64,000 nucleotides of DNA from Schizochytrium sp. TIO01 (GCA_004764695.1 SMSO01000025.1:1054001-1118000); one strand, 5' to 3'. Positions 34,300 through 49,546 are shown, counted from the stretch's first letter. Translations and numbers: made by a program. Notes: a model not told the origin generated them from the letters alone.

Positions 34300-37200
34300 T
34301 TATTGCCAGGACAGCTTGAAGCTTGAAAATTATAAATGAATTACAAATGAACAATCTACAATCGAGCTTAATGAAACTTCCGACCTATGTCCGCTACATA
34401 TTTCTGATTAGAAAGGATCAACTAGTGGAGCTGGATCAATTTTTATTTCTGAAATACTAACATAAAGTTATGATCTTATCTAGATATGGGACTTTGCTCG
34501 TATCTGGAGTATATGAGTTGTGTGGCTGAATACGCATGTTTCGAATAGTCCATAATTGCAATTCAGAATATGAGAAAGACATTTATCTCACCTTTTAAAC
34601 TTGGCTCGTAAAATTTTGGTTGTGTGCATCAAATAATAAATAAATTATATGGAAAGGTGAGGGAAAGTATGCAGGTCTAAATTTCGGTCATAATTCTGTT
34701 GAGACATTTTAGAGACACGCAAACGAAACTCCTATGTAACAAATACTTTCCAGACTCTATAGCATAATTAAGCAATCTTGGCAAATGCTCATGCATGCAG
34801 ACGGGTTTTGGGAGCACATGGATGACTTGGATTGCGTAGTCAGTTAATAGAGTGCAGCCAGCCAAAAAGTGAACTAATAACGGAGAACTTGCATGAGCAT
34901 AGAAAACGTTTGTTTCGGTTTAATTTCATAGCTCGTAAATAATTAACATCGCACTAGCCTTTGAATTCAATCGTCAAGGCCATACCAATTGAAAACCTAA
35001 TTTTAGATTTTCGATCTCAAGTTGTTTGCCATCCTTTAGCTTGACAGGTGGTAAGCAATCTATATTTATACTTGCCATGAAATTTGCAGTCAAATGTAAG
35101 TTTCCACAGTTGTAGATTGGTCCAATATATCCAGCTAGGCCTACATATCATAATCACAGAAGCTTTTATCTAAAGGTATATATGTAGATATCCGGGTTTA
35201 GAATAGATGAGTGATAGTTCAAAAAGCATTAAAAACGTAAGTTATTTCTGTAGCTCCCAGTGGAAGAGCGAGATAGATGAGCAGCATGCAAGTGGTACTT
35301 TTTGAGGTTCTACATGCTGGAATGTTCAATCGAAGGCGCATGTAAATAGAACACGTCTGGAGTTTTTGGTGTGGTGTTATAAGTCCTAAAAGAGTTGGGT
35401 TTCATATAGGATTAAAACTAGGCAATTCAGTACATATTTAGGAAGTCAAAAACTCCACGAATTAATAATGTACATGCTAATCTGTTCAATATAATAAGTA
35501 TAGCGGGACCTAATCAATGGTTGAAGAGACGAGTTAACCGAACCTCTTCAGTAGTCTGAAATACAGGTGAATTCTATCTTAGTATTCTATATATAACAGC
35601 GATCAGTCTATCTTGATAACGAATCCCAAGAAAAACAGATAAACGCTAAAACTTAGAGTCTTTAATACATTCCCTTCAGCGTTCCTCAAATTTTGTGTCG
35701 TCATCTTTCTAGTAAACCTTTGACTGACCAGGTTTATCTTGAGCACTAAAGCATTTGCACCATCCGCAGGCACGCTTGTAAGCAACGAAGAGCTTTCTCA
35801 CTGGGCACACAAGTTTTCAAGTTAATGGACTAAGTGAGAACAACATGACTCGCCTTTACTGCTGACTTTAACAATTGAAGGATAGTGTGGGAACATGATT
35901 GTCAGAGTCATTGGCAATTCAATATTAACCCTATAACAGTAGCTCATGGATAGGGGGAGAACTGAGCAACCCCAAGCCTTTCAGATATTTCTAATAAGAC
36001 GAAAGCTAGCTAACACCTAAATCGAGGGTTGAGAAAATGAAATTGGACATTTTATATTAGAGAAATTTAAGCTTGGCTTTGTCTACTAAGTATGATATGA
36101 AACAACCATATGTTGTTAACTCAAACAGCTCAAAATATGCTGGACATCCTTGTTCTTATTGAAGTATCCAAATAACATCGCTTATGTCAACCTCTAGCTG
36201 ATTTGGATTCATCCTTCAACAGTTCATGGTTAAGCGTGTTAGACCTGAGAGTAGTGGGTGTAAACACGAAAGCATCTTTGGGGTCTATCTATTGACCGTC
36301 GACAAGCCTAGGCAAAATATGGACTGCTACTAGAATCTTGCTCAGTGTTCCAGCATTTCTACTCTAGATCTTCAATGTTGCCCAAGCAAATCAGTTTCGC
36401 ACGTGAATCACAACACGATAATTTTGATTGGTTATAAAAACTTAGAATTTGCTTGCTTGTTATTTGACTCTAAATGGGCATATTTTCTTTCGATCCTAGC
36501 TCGTATATTGAAACACATTGGTAGGTACTATGTCAAACTGTATGCTAGGTCTTGCAATGAGGACTTATTTACACTTTTGTGATAACATCAGCAAACCAGC
36601 AAGTAAATGTATTATACAACATAATCAATTGAGTAGCTTGTTACGGAGCAACGTGTTGAGAAATCGCCCAACATGTTGGAACAGCACCGATCATGTCAAG
36701 TTTGAGAATGTTTAACTTATTGTGTTCTAGCTTGGTCAATAATATTGAAATGAACTGTGATGGTGTTGTAGGAGAAATGATCCACAAAATATGCAATTGC
36801 TTGTGTTCGATAGGTTCAATAAGTAGTGAAGGCATTTGTAGATGAAAAAAAGGCCGATCGATTCACTGCCTTTGTTTTACTTGTATTTGTAAATCTGGGT
36901 ACTGTGCCCTAATGCCTATGATTGTTACATTCAAATTCGATGGAGTAATTGATTTAGTATTTTACGTCAGTGACGAATTATCCATGGTTGATACGAACAG
37001 AATAATTCAGTCATCCACAAACCAGTTTAGAAGGTGAAAGATAACTTGAATAGCTGTATAATTTGTTTCTGAATAACTGCTCAGATCTGAGTTGCGTTCC
37101 TTCCCGGGTTAACGCATTTCACCACATGGAAACCATTGCACGATATCCTGCAGCATCACGCTGGTTTTGCTAGCTCCACAAGGATAGATCATTTTTGAAA

Positions 37201-38150
37201 CACTCAAAGACATCGAGGTCAAAGAATCGTTAAAAAAACAAGAAGTAGCACATTATAAGAGAAAGCCCAGCTGTATGGAAAGTATGTAGAATGCTTCATT
37301 TTACTTCTCTCGGAAACCGAAGCGTTTCCTTTTTTCATATTTCATCAGCTTTTTGTAAATGAGTTGAACCCTTGTTCGCTGCATCCAGCCTATAAGATCA
37401 TTGTCTTTGTGTGTGTGGTTTTAGACACTTTTTGATTCATTTAACAATCTTCAACCGTCGAAAAGTTGGACTGATATGCGTTACTATGCAACACACAAAG
37501 TACGGAATGAGCTGTTCAAGTTTTAATAACAATTTTTAAAAAATGCACAAATAAGAACAACACTGCAAGCTTATGTCATTAGACGATATACTCCCCGCAC
37601 TTTTGAAACTCAGGTTTAGAACGGAGCAGACAGAATACTCTAAAAAAGAGAGTTAAACATCGAAGCTTACTATGTGGTTTCACACAGCATGATTTTATTT
37701 TCAAAATTAAACATATAATCAAAAACTTGTTCTTTTCCGGACTGTGAACAGCGATATGGAATTTCAGAAATGTTCTTTCAAATTAAAATGCACTTTAGCT
37801 AACTTTTGAGTTCAAAAGGAAAAGTGAGATGGTGCACGCATTTAGTCCATCTTCAAATCATAATTTAGTGACATAAGAATTTGGATCGTCCTTTTCAAGG
37901 TATTGGCAAACTATCACTTATCCTACTTGCTTACAAATGAATTATAAATTAAAACCCTAGTCAGATATTTATTCGGTCACGACGCTCATCTCATTCAGTG
38001 CTATGGAACCGGATGTTCTAAAAACTAAGATGCCTACGGAGAATTTCAAAGCCCAATCTCAGCATTAGAACACGAACTTGCCGTTTAGTGCTTCACAAGC
38101 TCTGCAAGCTGCTGTTTATATCGTCGGACTGGCTGTGAAAGAGCAAAGCT
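34300..38150. mobile_element. AT-rich, heavily decayed relic, possibly a retroelement
   Basis: About 3.8 kb of high-complexity, SSR-poor, AT-rich DNA with stops in all frames. Faint minus-strand RT-like echoes: IDPKDAF (about 36270-36290), GVAQ-SPLS across a frameshift (about 35950-35973), LVLKIN and FLG downstream. No intact YxDD. Confidence 0.25.
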
Positions 38151-40429
38151 TCCACTGCGCACCTCAAAATTGAAGCGTCGTCTAACAAAAGCAAATGTAT
38201 ATATGTGTGTATATATATACGAGCTTGCTCAGGTACCTGTTCTGGGTCATCTTTTTCCAAGGAAGCTAAGATGGAGGGTACATTTTCGTAATTCCGATCT
38301 TCTGGCTTGAGGCATTTATTTCAAACTGTTCCTTAAGCCCGGGCGGCCGGCCACATCAGTGTTGTGCGGAGAGCTACAAATGTTGTATTGTGGGTGTAAA
38401 CATAGCAGTTGTTGAGGTGCGACTGTCGGGCCAGGCTAGGTTTGTGCAGAAGTTGCCAGGTCCGCCACTCCGTTTCAAGATAACTGCGAAGAAAAGACCA
38501 CAACTCCCAGCTTACGTGAGTTTATATTCCAACATTTGAAGCAAGTACTCACGAAGCGAGAATGCGTGCCGGAGCGTGCCTTCTCGCGCAAAGATACCCA
38601 CTACTGACTAGGTAGGTAGGTACCCAGGCACTTCCTCCGTTTTTTCTTGCATTACAACAGAACTTGAAGATTTCATTTCCTGCCCGTATTCAGGCACTTC
38701 TGCCTTCATTTTGCTGTTCTTTCTGTTTACTTCCGATCGTGAACTTGTCCATAACAGTTTGACAGGAGGAAGGACTCTTGAGTCCATCCTTTCAAGGGAC
38801 TTGAAGCACGATCTCTGAATACCCACGTGCTTCAAATAGCTTCCAAGCCGCGTATGCTCCTGTTGAAGGAAATGAGCGCTGTGATAAATGGTAAGTGCCG
38901 TGGGATGCGCTTGTTCTTTCTTTTTTGAAACAGAGGCGGTCCAGAAACCGACTCTAGTTAAATAAAATATTAAGCTGTTCTTTAGGGAAGGCAAAATACT
39001 TAGCTCTGCATTTCAGCATTGTTATAATTCAACATAATTATTAATTAAAATTTGATGGATGAGTACTTAAGCGTAATCCTTGCCATTGCAGGATATTGAT
39101 TGGCTTAGACCCTAGGATCAAGACCTGTACAGCTGTTGAAATGCTCATTCATGGTTTTAAAAGAAGAAAAAAAGAAAAGAGAAAAAGAGAAGATAACACT
39201 ATGTACATATACAGATAAATAAACATTACGACCTTATAGTAGTACTCGTACTATCATGGTCACTATTCCATAAGTTCTTATTGTTCCTTATGTTCATTAT
39301 CAACGTGAAAATGGGTTGCGCGCGTCATCGCGTGAGATTGGGACTGTGGCTGACGGAAGCATCGACATCTAGAAAATGTACTTTTTCGTCCGCGCAAAAA
39401 TCGGTGCGGTAATTCTGAAGTTTTGTTGAGGCGTTAAAGGCAGCATGTCTCAGCCAATGATTTTCTTCTTGCAGAAAGTTCGCGAATAAATTGTAAATAA
39501 TTTCGGGTTCTCCATCAAACGCAGAGTGATTTATTCGATTAAAACGCCACAGCTCTATCGTCTTCAGTTAAGACATTTAAGTTCGTACAGCGAAGACGGA
39601 TCGCAGATCACTCCTTACTTGCCAATTTAAAGTGATGATCGTACTTCATCTCCGGCCGTGCCTTACCTGCATAAACAGGTAAACCAGTGTCGCTGATGAC
39701 GCTGCTGCCTCGCAAATCAAAGCGCCAACATAGTTATCTTCAACGAGCAGGTCTGTCCGGTTCGCGGAGCTTTCTCAAGTTCTTTTGTTTAAAGACGTTC
39801 GCTACAAAACTCGACGTGAAGGCTAGATTCGTCATGATCCGTCATCAGAGGTCAAGGATCTTCGGGCTCGTAATTCCATCCTTCGGTGCGGTCGCCAATA
39901 CGAGCCAACCGCACAGCGGCGAAGATGAGTCCTTCGTGCTACTTGACGTCACCTCCTTCTTTAGATCTCAATTGCGAACTTCGTGCGGTACTACCTACCT
40001 TACATACACACGTTCATACACCCGGGTAATTCGCTGACTTGGCTTCGTAACAGCACTCCAACCGAGCTTACATAGGTGTTGCAGATCGAAGCTTACCTGA
40101 TGCATTCATTACACGTGTGCCGCGACAAAAATCCATTGTGTGTTCGCGTGCTTCAGCACTGATAGAAACTCGTGTCGAGTGGTCGGATGGATGATTGATT
40201 GAATGTAAACGAATGAATGCATGAATGAGCAACCTCGTACTTTCCCACGAATTTCTATTCCACTCCGACGAGATTTCGCCTTGGTGGACTGATTTTTGTG
40301 CGGCGTTGTCGTCTCCTATCTCTTGCTACTGCTGGCTACTAAGTCGCTCCGTGCCTTGGGCAACCCAAGTAGCACGCACGACCTCTGGCGCAAACAAGGC
40401 CGAGGAGAAGAACCGCCGAGCCAGGAGGT

Positions 40430-40461
40430 AGGTAGCTAGCTAGCTACCTCTCACCTAGGTG
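40430..40461. repeat. Perfect 20-bp palindrome plus an adjacent 10-bp palindrome
   Basis: AGGTAGCTAGCTAGCTACCT (40430-40449) and CACCTAGGTG (40452-40461). Confidence 0.9.
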
Positions 40462-43400
40462 TTGCTAGGGTTCAGGTCGCTCATATCAGGAGGCTGGGTA
40501 CTTACTCAGTTACTTCTTCTTCTTACTTGCCTGCTTGTTTGTTTGTTTGTTTGTTCGTTGGTTGGTTGGTTTCGTATTCGGGTGTTTTGAAGTAAGATGC
40601 ATGGAAACCTGGATTTTGATGGGACGATGACGCTTTCTTGCGACACCATTGGAAAGCCCCACATGTTGGTGGACTAGGTCGAGTAAGGTACGTCTCCAAC
40701 AACGTGAAACCTTTCCTAGAAATCCATGAAATAAGAGATACCATCTTTCCATCGTTAAAGAGAAAAAGAAAAAGCATTAAAAAATAAATGTGGGTAAATC
40801 GAACTAAATGTTTTGCTGTTCTTTTCGTTCCAATTAAATATTATTTAAACTTAAAAGTTTTTTATTTATTATAAGCAAAACACTTATAAATTTCTGGAAT
40901 CTTTTAGGGATTAAAAACGTTTTTTCTTATTAAAAAAAGAAAAGAAATGAGTAATGGGATTCGATGTTCTTTTCTTTCAAGTTGTTTAGAACACCCATCA
41001 TCATGTTGTTTTGTTCTATTTGATGAATGAACGACATTAAAAAAAAGAAACAAAAAACTTATATATATATTTTAAACAAAAAAAATAAAAAAGTATGTAT
41101 ATGGATGTGAATTAAAAAGTTTTCGTTTCAAAAAGTGCGAGGAGAATGACGAGACCCGCGAATTTGGATCTCGGTTCTTTCCTTCTCTTGTGCACCGAAC
41201 AATAGCCGGATATCCCTAGCCTTCTACTGATACTTCTACCATTACGCATAGCTAGCGCACAAAGTTCTGCAAAGAGCGGGAAAGTGAATCAGACTCCCTC
41301 ACCTATCAACATACGACGACCTTCCTTCCATTCATTCTGCATTCACCCACTCATTCAATTATTCGTTCTTTCTTTCTGGCCCTGGCCAGATCTTCACTTC
41401 ACTCTCTCAGATGATGACTCGAAGGCCGCATAGAACCCAGAATCTTTGAGAACACGCCCTCTTCTCCTACCAGATCAACTTCGAGAAGAGAGAGAGAGCG
41501 GAGACCCACTCTTCGAAGTCGAAGATTTCTTTGTTTGGAACAACTGTTGCTTAGTCCTCATAGCAGTATGCTAATTAGTTAGCATGCGCTGCCAAAAGCA
41601 GATCAAAGAAACAGATCGTTTGCGCAGCGAGGCGCCACGCGCATGGCTCGGCAGGAGGTCTTTGCTTGCTTGCTTGCTCGCTCGCTTGCTTGCTTTTGCT
41701 TCTTTGTTTATTTGCAATGCTCGCTTGCTTACTCGCAGCCTGCGACGATCCAAACGGCCTGGCCTACGTCGAGTCAAGTTGGTCGATTTCGCCGAGATCG
41801 CAGTCCAAATCGCAGTGCGGGGCCGCCATTCTCGAGCCATGAGCAAGCTGCTTTCATGGTGTTGTTTTCATTTCGTTCAATTGAATTCGGACTCCGTCTT
41901 CCTCGAAACACTAGAAAAGTAAAGAAAAGAAGAGAAAAAAAAAAAAAAAAAAAAACTGGACGAGAAATTCGCAGCAGCGCTCCAGCTTCAAGCATTTCCG
42001 CGCTCTGGTCCTTCCAGTCGCTGCTGATGAACTCCGCTTCTACGGTGATTCTGGGCCCTTTGTCTTTTGTGGCATGCTCGTACATGGATGCTGGCCTCAA
42101 GTTCTTGCTCTCTAGCCAGAAGAGCCAACTCCAAAGCTCTTTGCATTGTCGGAGAAGATCGATGTTTTAGCATCCAGGTCTTCTGCGGTCCCGCGCTTAC
42201 AAAGTTCTCGGCACCTCGGGCAGGCTAGAGCACTGCTATGGTTTACGTTATGAGGGCGAGGCGGTGAGGAGGAGACCGTCTGGCTTTGGATGGCTCTTGT
42301 TGGCCTTTTCCTTGATTATTATTTTGCGTTACGGAAAGCCAACTTGATCGATGGCGCGACATTTGTCGGGTTCTTTCTTTACTTCTCTCTGCATGCTTCT
42401 TTTTAATCCCGAGCCTGCGGGCCATCACGGCCTTGTGTTCTGGACTCGGAGGAGCTGACGGCCATAGCATTTCATTCTCGTCGGCAGCATCAGAGCTTTT
42501 CTTTTACTTTGTATCGCGGACTTTGCAACTTTCGGGGGCGAGAAGCAATGATGATGCGGCGGTGGAAAGCGACGAGCGGAATTCTGCCCGTAAGATAGTA
42601 AAGTATAGTATTCGGTGAGTGCCCGCCTTCCTTCCACCTACGAGTCACCGAGTTCCTAGCCTATCAGATGCAGCCGTAGGGATGTAGGTACTAAAAACCC
42701 AAGCCAAAAGTATCGCTCATTTCCTCTGAACAGTGAGAGTAAGCAAATAGATTAGGCAGGTACTAAGGTACCTGATGTGGGCCGAGTTCCAACTCAGTAC
42801 CTAGCTGGGTTGTCTTTGATTCTGTACAACTTCAACAAACAACAATAACAAAAAGAATAAGAAAAGAAGTAAGTCGGTAGCTACCGTTCGGTAGAGAGGA
42901 CTTGTTGACGCAAAGTGCTGAACGAACTTGGCTCAAATTAAGGGGAGTATAATGCCATTTGCTGCGGCGAGATCTGCTTCTTTATGTTGTATGGTCCTTC
43001 TCCTTCTTTAATAATTTTGAAAAAAGAAAATTAGAGAAGTGAAGCACCGATCTCAAACTCGCTATAATGTTGAAAATTTGTACTGTATACTTTTAGAATC
43101 TACATTTTAATTATAAAAAAAGGGAAACCATGCAAAGGGCATAGAAGTTCAACATGTGAATGGGCTAGTCTGCGCAGTTCATAGTTGCGTAGATAATCTG
43201 GTGGCTTCTAGCAACTAGCCCAACATTTGTACAAATTTGTCGCATGTTGTCGTGACAAACTAATTTATACCATACAAAAATAATCCTCCAGGTAGGTAAG
43301 AGTTCTTAAGCCAACGCAAGCGATAGTATAGTTTTCCTCATCGTTTAATTTTGACGATCAAGAAGACTTTGAGTGGAGACTAGAGAAATCTATCAACTGC

Positions 43401-46400
43401 TTATGCGCCTTCATCACAATAGCTTCACCATTACTGGAATGTTTGTCTCAACAGGCAATTTAGAATGGGCTGTGTATAGGTTAATTCTGATGACCAACTA
43501 GGTCCCTGCGCCTAAATCTACCGTTAGTATGAAGAATATTGTTTTTTCTACAGTTTGTCTGTTCGGACCTCCCGCCATGGAGACAAAACATCTGGTTTAA
43601 ACCAAGAATTCAATGGCGGAGATGTAATCTATTATGTTGTACTCGTTAGCGTAAGCATTCGATAACTGCGCCAACTGTCTTTGTGGCTCGCCTATGATGG
43701 ACTGCGGCCGATGCGTCGGCGTTTGGATTTTGACACACCGGGACGTTGCCGGGCCCTAAAGAGGAGTCCAAGCTTTTAAGCAAAATGTACTTAGTACCCA
43801 GGTACCTACACCTACGACAAGAAACACTTCAAGTTGTATTGTATTATCTAGTACCTGTGATTACCCTTCTTTATAAAAACTCCTAAAAACCCCAAAACCC
43901 CAAATCAGAAAAAAAAAAAAAAAAACAAGAAAAAACACGTACTGCCTGTAGATACATCTATCATGATTACCAGAATGTGCTACATTGCTTCTGGCCGGTA
44001 CTTTGTAATCAGCTCACAACACTCCGCGTGCACTTTCTTTCCATTCCCTTAGGCCTTCGTAGCATCCATCCCACGGCGCGGAATCCGGATCATTCAAAAG
44101 CCTGCTCCGGGTGCTGGCTGGAGCTTGAAATGCAGTTACCGCTGCGAGCGTGGGCCCAGGCAGGCTCTCTGGAAAGCAAGCGAGCGCCTTTCCGGCGGCA
44201 CCGCTCAGCGCAGAGCCTTCTCTCCGCCTCTCATCGCCGCGACATGCAGGAGCTTCGACGGGCCACATCGAGGGCGACGGGCGCAAGATGCTGCTGTTCC
44301 GTTTCTTCCTGCGACGCCTCGTCACAGGTCTGTCTACTCAGTCGCAGGCCGCCTAGGGGGCGGCTAGGACCCGCTACGCAGCGGTGGTTGTCGGAAGTTG
44401 CCTCGACGGCACAATTTTCTCCACGGCGGTTAAGAACTCTGGAGACATACATACATACATACAGACAGACATTCTCGCGAGAAGAAGCGCCTTTTGCCTC
44501 TGGAGTTTAAGGCACAAGCATGCCAAGAGGCGGTCGGTCTGCCGAGAGAGAGCAGGAGCATGGACGGGCTCACGATGAAGCGTGCATTCATGCCGGGTTC
44601 AGGGCGGTATCGTGCGATCAAGCCGGCAAAGGGAGATGAAAGGGGCGTGGCGGGATCCACTATACAATGCAGGATTTAGGGCGTCGCGATTGATTTTTTT
44701 TTTTGTTTTTTTTTTTTTTCGAGGGGGGTAAATTTTACAAATCTTTGATTGAAGAGCATCACATCGCATTGGCAATTTCGGGTTCGCCTGTTTTTCGCGT
44801 CTGCTGAGGGGTCTGTCCGAATGGCTGGGTTTGGCGAGTGGGGCGCAGACTTGTACTTAAATAATGTCGCTGCATATCAAGAGTGGATAGCCAGCCCCTG
44901 TCTAAACTTAACTGCGGCACCTGATCGAGCGAGAAGCTTTGAAGCTTTGAAGCTACTTACGAGGAATTTCTTCAAGTGCATAAAATTACACATTTCTTTG
45001 TTGATCAGAAGTGACTTTTTATAACTAGTATTCATTTATTCATTTGTCTACAGCAGGGTTTTGCTGGAAACGAGGCATCATTTCGGTTCTCTCAGCCGGG
45101 GCTGACAAGCAATCGCGTTACTCCTGAAGCCTCCGATACCTTCGCTTCAACAGAAGCAATAACCAAGAGCTGGTTATGTTTCCAGCCGACAAAGTTGCTC
45201 TTCTTTTCATCACTGTACAGGTAGTTATACCAATTCATCATGAACCCTGTTGGACCCTGATTTCTACTTCCGCTGGCCTGCGTTGTCCTCCTTAGTTGTA
45301 CATATAATCGCCATGCCATTCGCCACTTTCAAATCTTCAATTTTAATTTAAAAAGTAATTTATTTTATAAAAAACAAAAAAGCAAAATGAAAAACTAGAA
45401 AAACTAGAAATTAGTCACACATTAATGGCGGCGGGAGAGCAAGAGAAACAAACACAACGACCCGACCAGCGTGCCGATGAGGTCGATGAAGCTAGCAATA
45501 CGTGAAAACGATCATACACTGCATGGATGTCGCCAGTCCGCTTGCTTGGTCGCTTGGCTGCTGCTTGCTCAGAACTGAGCAAACAGCGGCGTGGCGTACG
45601 TGCTCTACTGTGGGGCATTTCGGTGGGAAGAAACGGCCCCGTCATTGAGTGACTCGCTGTTGTTCCATCTCGACCGCCTCACAAGTCCCTTGCCCTCCCA
45701 TTTCTTCTGGCAGCATCACCGCTTGCACCGCGGCTGCCTTTTCGCTTTTGTAAAGACCTTTGCCAGCCGCTCCCTCGCTAGCTTCTTGCCAGGAAGAAAG
45801 CCCTCACAGCTAGCTTGCGCTTGCTTGCTTCAGAACCCACCAACTCCAGAGTCCGCCGCCCTCAAGGCCAGCCACGCAGACAGAAGAAGCGGGCAGCTAG
45901 CTTCCTAGCTATAGCAGTGCTGATAATAAGCCTTCCTTTTGAATGCATAATGTTGGTCCAAAAGGCGGCAGCCAAAAAAGCAAACAAACAGCTCTCACTC
46001 AAATGTGAACTTTGCCGAAGCCAGCCAGCAGGCCAATCAGTCGCTCGAGGGGTTGCTCAGCCTTCGCAGCCGCGAACGGAGCGAACTACCGCTCGCCCAC
46101 CCGCTCACTCGCTCACTCGCTTCAGACAGTCAGTGAGTGAGTGAGTGAGTGAGTGCAGTTGCACCTCGCGGCTCACCGTGCGACCCGCTAGTGGACCATT
46201 ATCGCAGAGTTCGGTGCGCAGAGGCCTGTTTGTCGGACAAGGTGTAGATCCGCCGTTCCTGTTCTTTTCATCTCGACAAGAGAACACAAGCACGGTATCA
46301 TGTATGTATGTGGATTTCTGTTTCCTCTTTCTTGTGTTCTTCTTTCGCGACGAGTGGTTTTTATCAGCCCAGCTGAAAGATTTTAACATACTCTGCTAGA

Positions 46401-49400
46401 GAGAGGGAGAGTGTTCTTTTTATTTTTTTATCATTCTTCTTCTTTATGTGTTTCGTTTATCGGTTCTAAGGATTTCAAGAAGAAAAGAAAAAAGGGCAGA
46501 CTTTAAACATTGAAACGCATAACCAACTTGAAAGGAATTATTTGGCATAAAAGAAATGGGCAGAGGAAAAACAGAGAAACAATAGTAAAAGCTGAGAGTA
46601 AGAAAAGAACACCCCAAGGTTAGTGAACAAAAAAGAAAGAAAAGTAAAGAAAAGTAAAGTTAAAGTGTTGGTGGTATTTTCTTTAAAGCAAGTATTATTT
46701 TATTTTAATTAAGTTTTTTTTTTTTTTAAATCTAAAATAGCGTATACTAATTTAGAGAATGCTGGCAAGAAAAGAAAAAGAAGCGTAAAAGAAAGAATAA
46801 ATGAGTCGTTTTGGCCAACAGGAACGAATCTGGCCATCGCAGACTTCTCATGTTGAGAGAAGATACATCGAGTTCTACTCACAGTAGCAGTGCATAGAAC
46901 CGCCTTTGCATAGGTAGTATAAAAAGTAGCAAAAGGAATTCCTCAAGTTGGAGACTTCAAGTTCGCTGCGCAGTGAGTCCATGACTATTCGCCACATGGT
47001 CGCACAAAGAAACCGGCTAAAGAGCCTCCCTCAACTCAGTTTGGCCAACCTTGCGCTGCGCGAGACGTGCTTTCTCACCCGAAGAACGTGCCTTTCTCGC
47101 TATCATCTCTCAAGTAGTCGAGAAATAATATAGCCTGAGGTAAAAAACAATCAATTAACAGCTTTAAAAAAGAAAAGAAAAAAAGGAACAAATAGTGGTA
47201 CTTCCATATACTACAGAAAATAAAATCAAAAGTCAACTTGTGTGGTGTCACGTTACATCCTTATATACTACAGAAACAGAATAGAATAAGAAACCAAGAA
47301 TCGTAGGAGCTGGCTCGCATTCATTCATTGATTCTTTCAATTCGCTCCTTCATTCCACACAAAGACCTGCGAATTGGCGCTCGCTCCAGTATCCGCAGGA
47401 GGCAAGGAGACAGAAAGAAGAGGTCCTCCCTCAGGCCACTCACTTCCTTTCTTCGAGGCAGTTGAAAGCTCAAGAGCGGTTTCTCATTCATGGCTCCGGA
47501 CCAACTGCCGCTCAGCGATTCCTCCGCGCCGATCGGTCGATAGATCGCTAAGAAGGTAGCCTCGCTTGCCCTGCATCAGCTGATTGATGTCTCCAACGGA
47601 AGCATGGCGCAAATGGACAATCAGGCTGGGAGGAGGCTCGAGAAACCGGGAAATCTGACCCAGCCACTGTTTTGTTGATAGGACCTCTTGACTGATTGAC
47701 TTTCATGAAATAGTGCTCATCTTCAGGCCTCCTTGGACAGGGCAGGGCGGCGAGCGGGAAACTCTTGCGTCGCCGCTGTTAGCCTGGCTGATCAATGCTC
47801 TCCAGGGAGCACCCTGTCGCAGAAAGATTTCAGTTTTGTGAAGATTCTCGTTGCCAGGAATTGTAATGTGCTAAACCACGCCGCTGTTTTTGATCTTGGA
47901 GTCCTAATGCAAAGCTTTTGATACTGGCAATAAGTTGTTCAATAGCGCACACCCACTCACGAAGTTGGACCTCTGCACGGAGGCTTGAGGTTTCATTCCT
48001 GCGATCCCTGAGTCTTCGGCTCCAAGCTGTTTCTCTCAAAGAACCACCACGGATGTTTATTTTTGTACATTGATTCAGCCACAGACAGAAGAAGTTCAAC
48101 AACACCAAGAGATGCATCAAGAAGAGCATGTCATCAAAGCTACGAATGGTGCCAGCAAGAAGAAGACCTCGAGAAAGCGCCAATCGTTTCGCACGTCTGC
48201 GACCTGGAGAAGGCCTTCCCAGGTCCCAACTATGCAGTGCCGCCTCCACTCGAACAGTTTGAAGGCCGCCGCGATCCCCACGAGGATAGACTATCCTGTC
48301 CTCCTCGCTCACGGCACATTGTTGAAACAAACGGAACGAATGGCATACGTATGATCTTGCTTTGCGACTGAGTTCCACTCACCGGTTCTCGCTGAGCCAT
48401 GTCTCAAGAGAGGGTTGGTCGAGCATGGCTTCAATTCGTTCATTCCTTCTCGACATCGCCTCATCATTCATTCCTCCGTGCCTTGAGCGCTTTATCGATC
48501 AGCTCTTGAGCGCTGCTCCTCCTTGAGAGCGCGCCCGCGACGGCGGATATTTCTACAAACACGCGTCCCACGCAGAAGAAAGAGAATGCAATGTGCTTCA
48601 ACGCGGATCCCGAAAGGCACAGGCCAAACGATCACTCGATCGATGAATCAATTCTTCGGTTGAGCATCCGAGTTCGCGATAAAACGTCCACCATCGATCA
48701 GCGAGAAAGCGCGACTTCAGTGCCGATTCTGGCGAAAATCAGAAACAAAGAACGAAAGAACGAAATGCAGTCTCGGCCCTTCTGATGCTCAGTTTCTCGA
48801 AGGAGATGACGACGAAGATGTCTATTTGAGATCACTCCAACTTTCGGCCCTCTCAGCTGAACAAAGCCGTCTATGATCGATCGATCGACCATCGCGATTC
48901 CTCTACAAACTTGAAGGGCGAGGGGGTCGAAGCGGTCTTCCACATGCCAGAAAGGCCAGAAATGCCAAGAAGGCGTATCTTTGTTCTTCTCAGGCTTCTC
49001 AGGCACGATCCCTGCAAAGCATTTTAAGGCAACCCCAGCTATATGATAGGCTCCTTCGTTCTTACAAAAACAGCCCTGGGAAAGAAAAACAAAACCAAAC
49101 AAAAAACCAAACATTTTGTTTTTAAATGAACGAGAATAAGAACACCTTTTTATTAGCATAGACTGACTTTTTCTACTTTGAAGGGGTCTAGAGAGAGAGA
49201 GAAAAGAGAAAAGAACGCAAACATACGTGAACAAAATTATCTGTCTACCTGGAAAACCATTTTTAAAAAAGCATATAGTACTAAAATCAAATTAATTTTA
49301 AAGGCAGTCCTACTCTCCACAGTAGGTACCACCTACAACCTAGAACGTTTTCTCTCCCACTTTCTCTGCAGGTACCTACTGTGCTTTCAGATACTACTAC

Positions 49401-49546
49401 CAACTACCCAGTCCCCGTATTTGGTATATGACTGAGTGGAGGATGTTCCTGGTGCTACCTGACACCCGCGAACGAAGCCAAAGCGTCGCTGACTCCTCCG
49501 TGCACCGGCGAGCACAATGCTTCTTTCTGGTATCCAGTAGACGATA

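Noticed and set aside
43977-44679. GC-rich patch with a 177-aa ORF and overlapping ORFs
   Set aside because: Stop-poor because of GC content; R/S/A/C-rich with no coding signature.
48063-48371. Coding-like fragments including CDLEKAFP (RT-like) and QQHQEMHQEEH
   Set aside because: Isolated motif with no other RT motifs at the expected spacing, and no convincing start for the frames.
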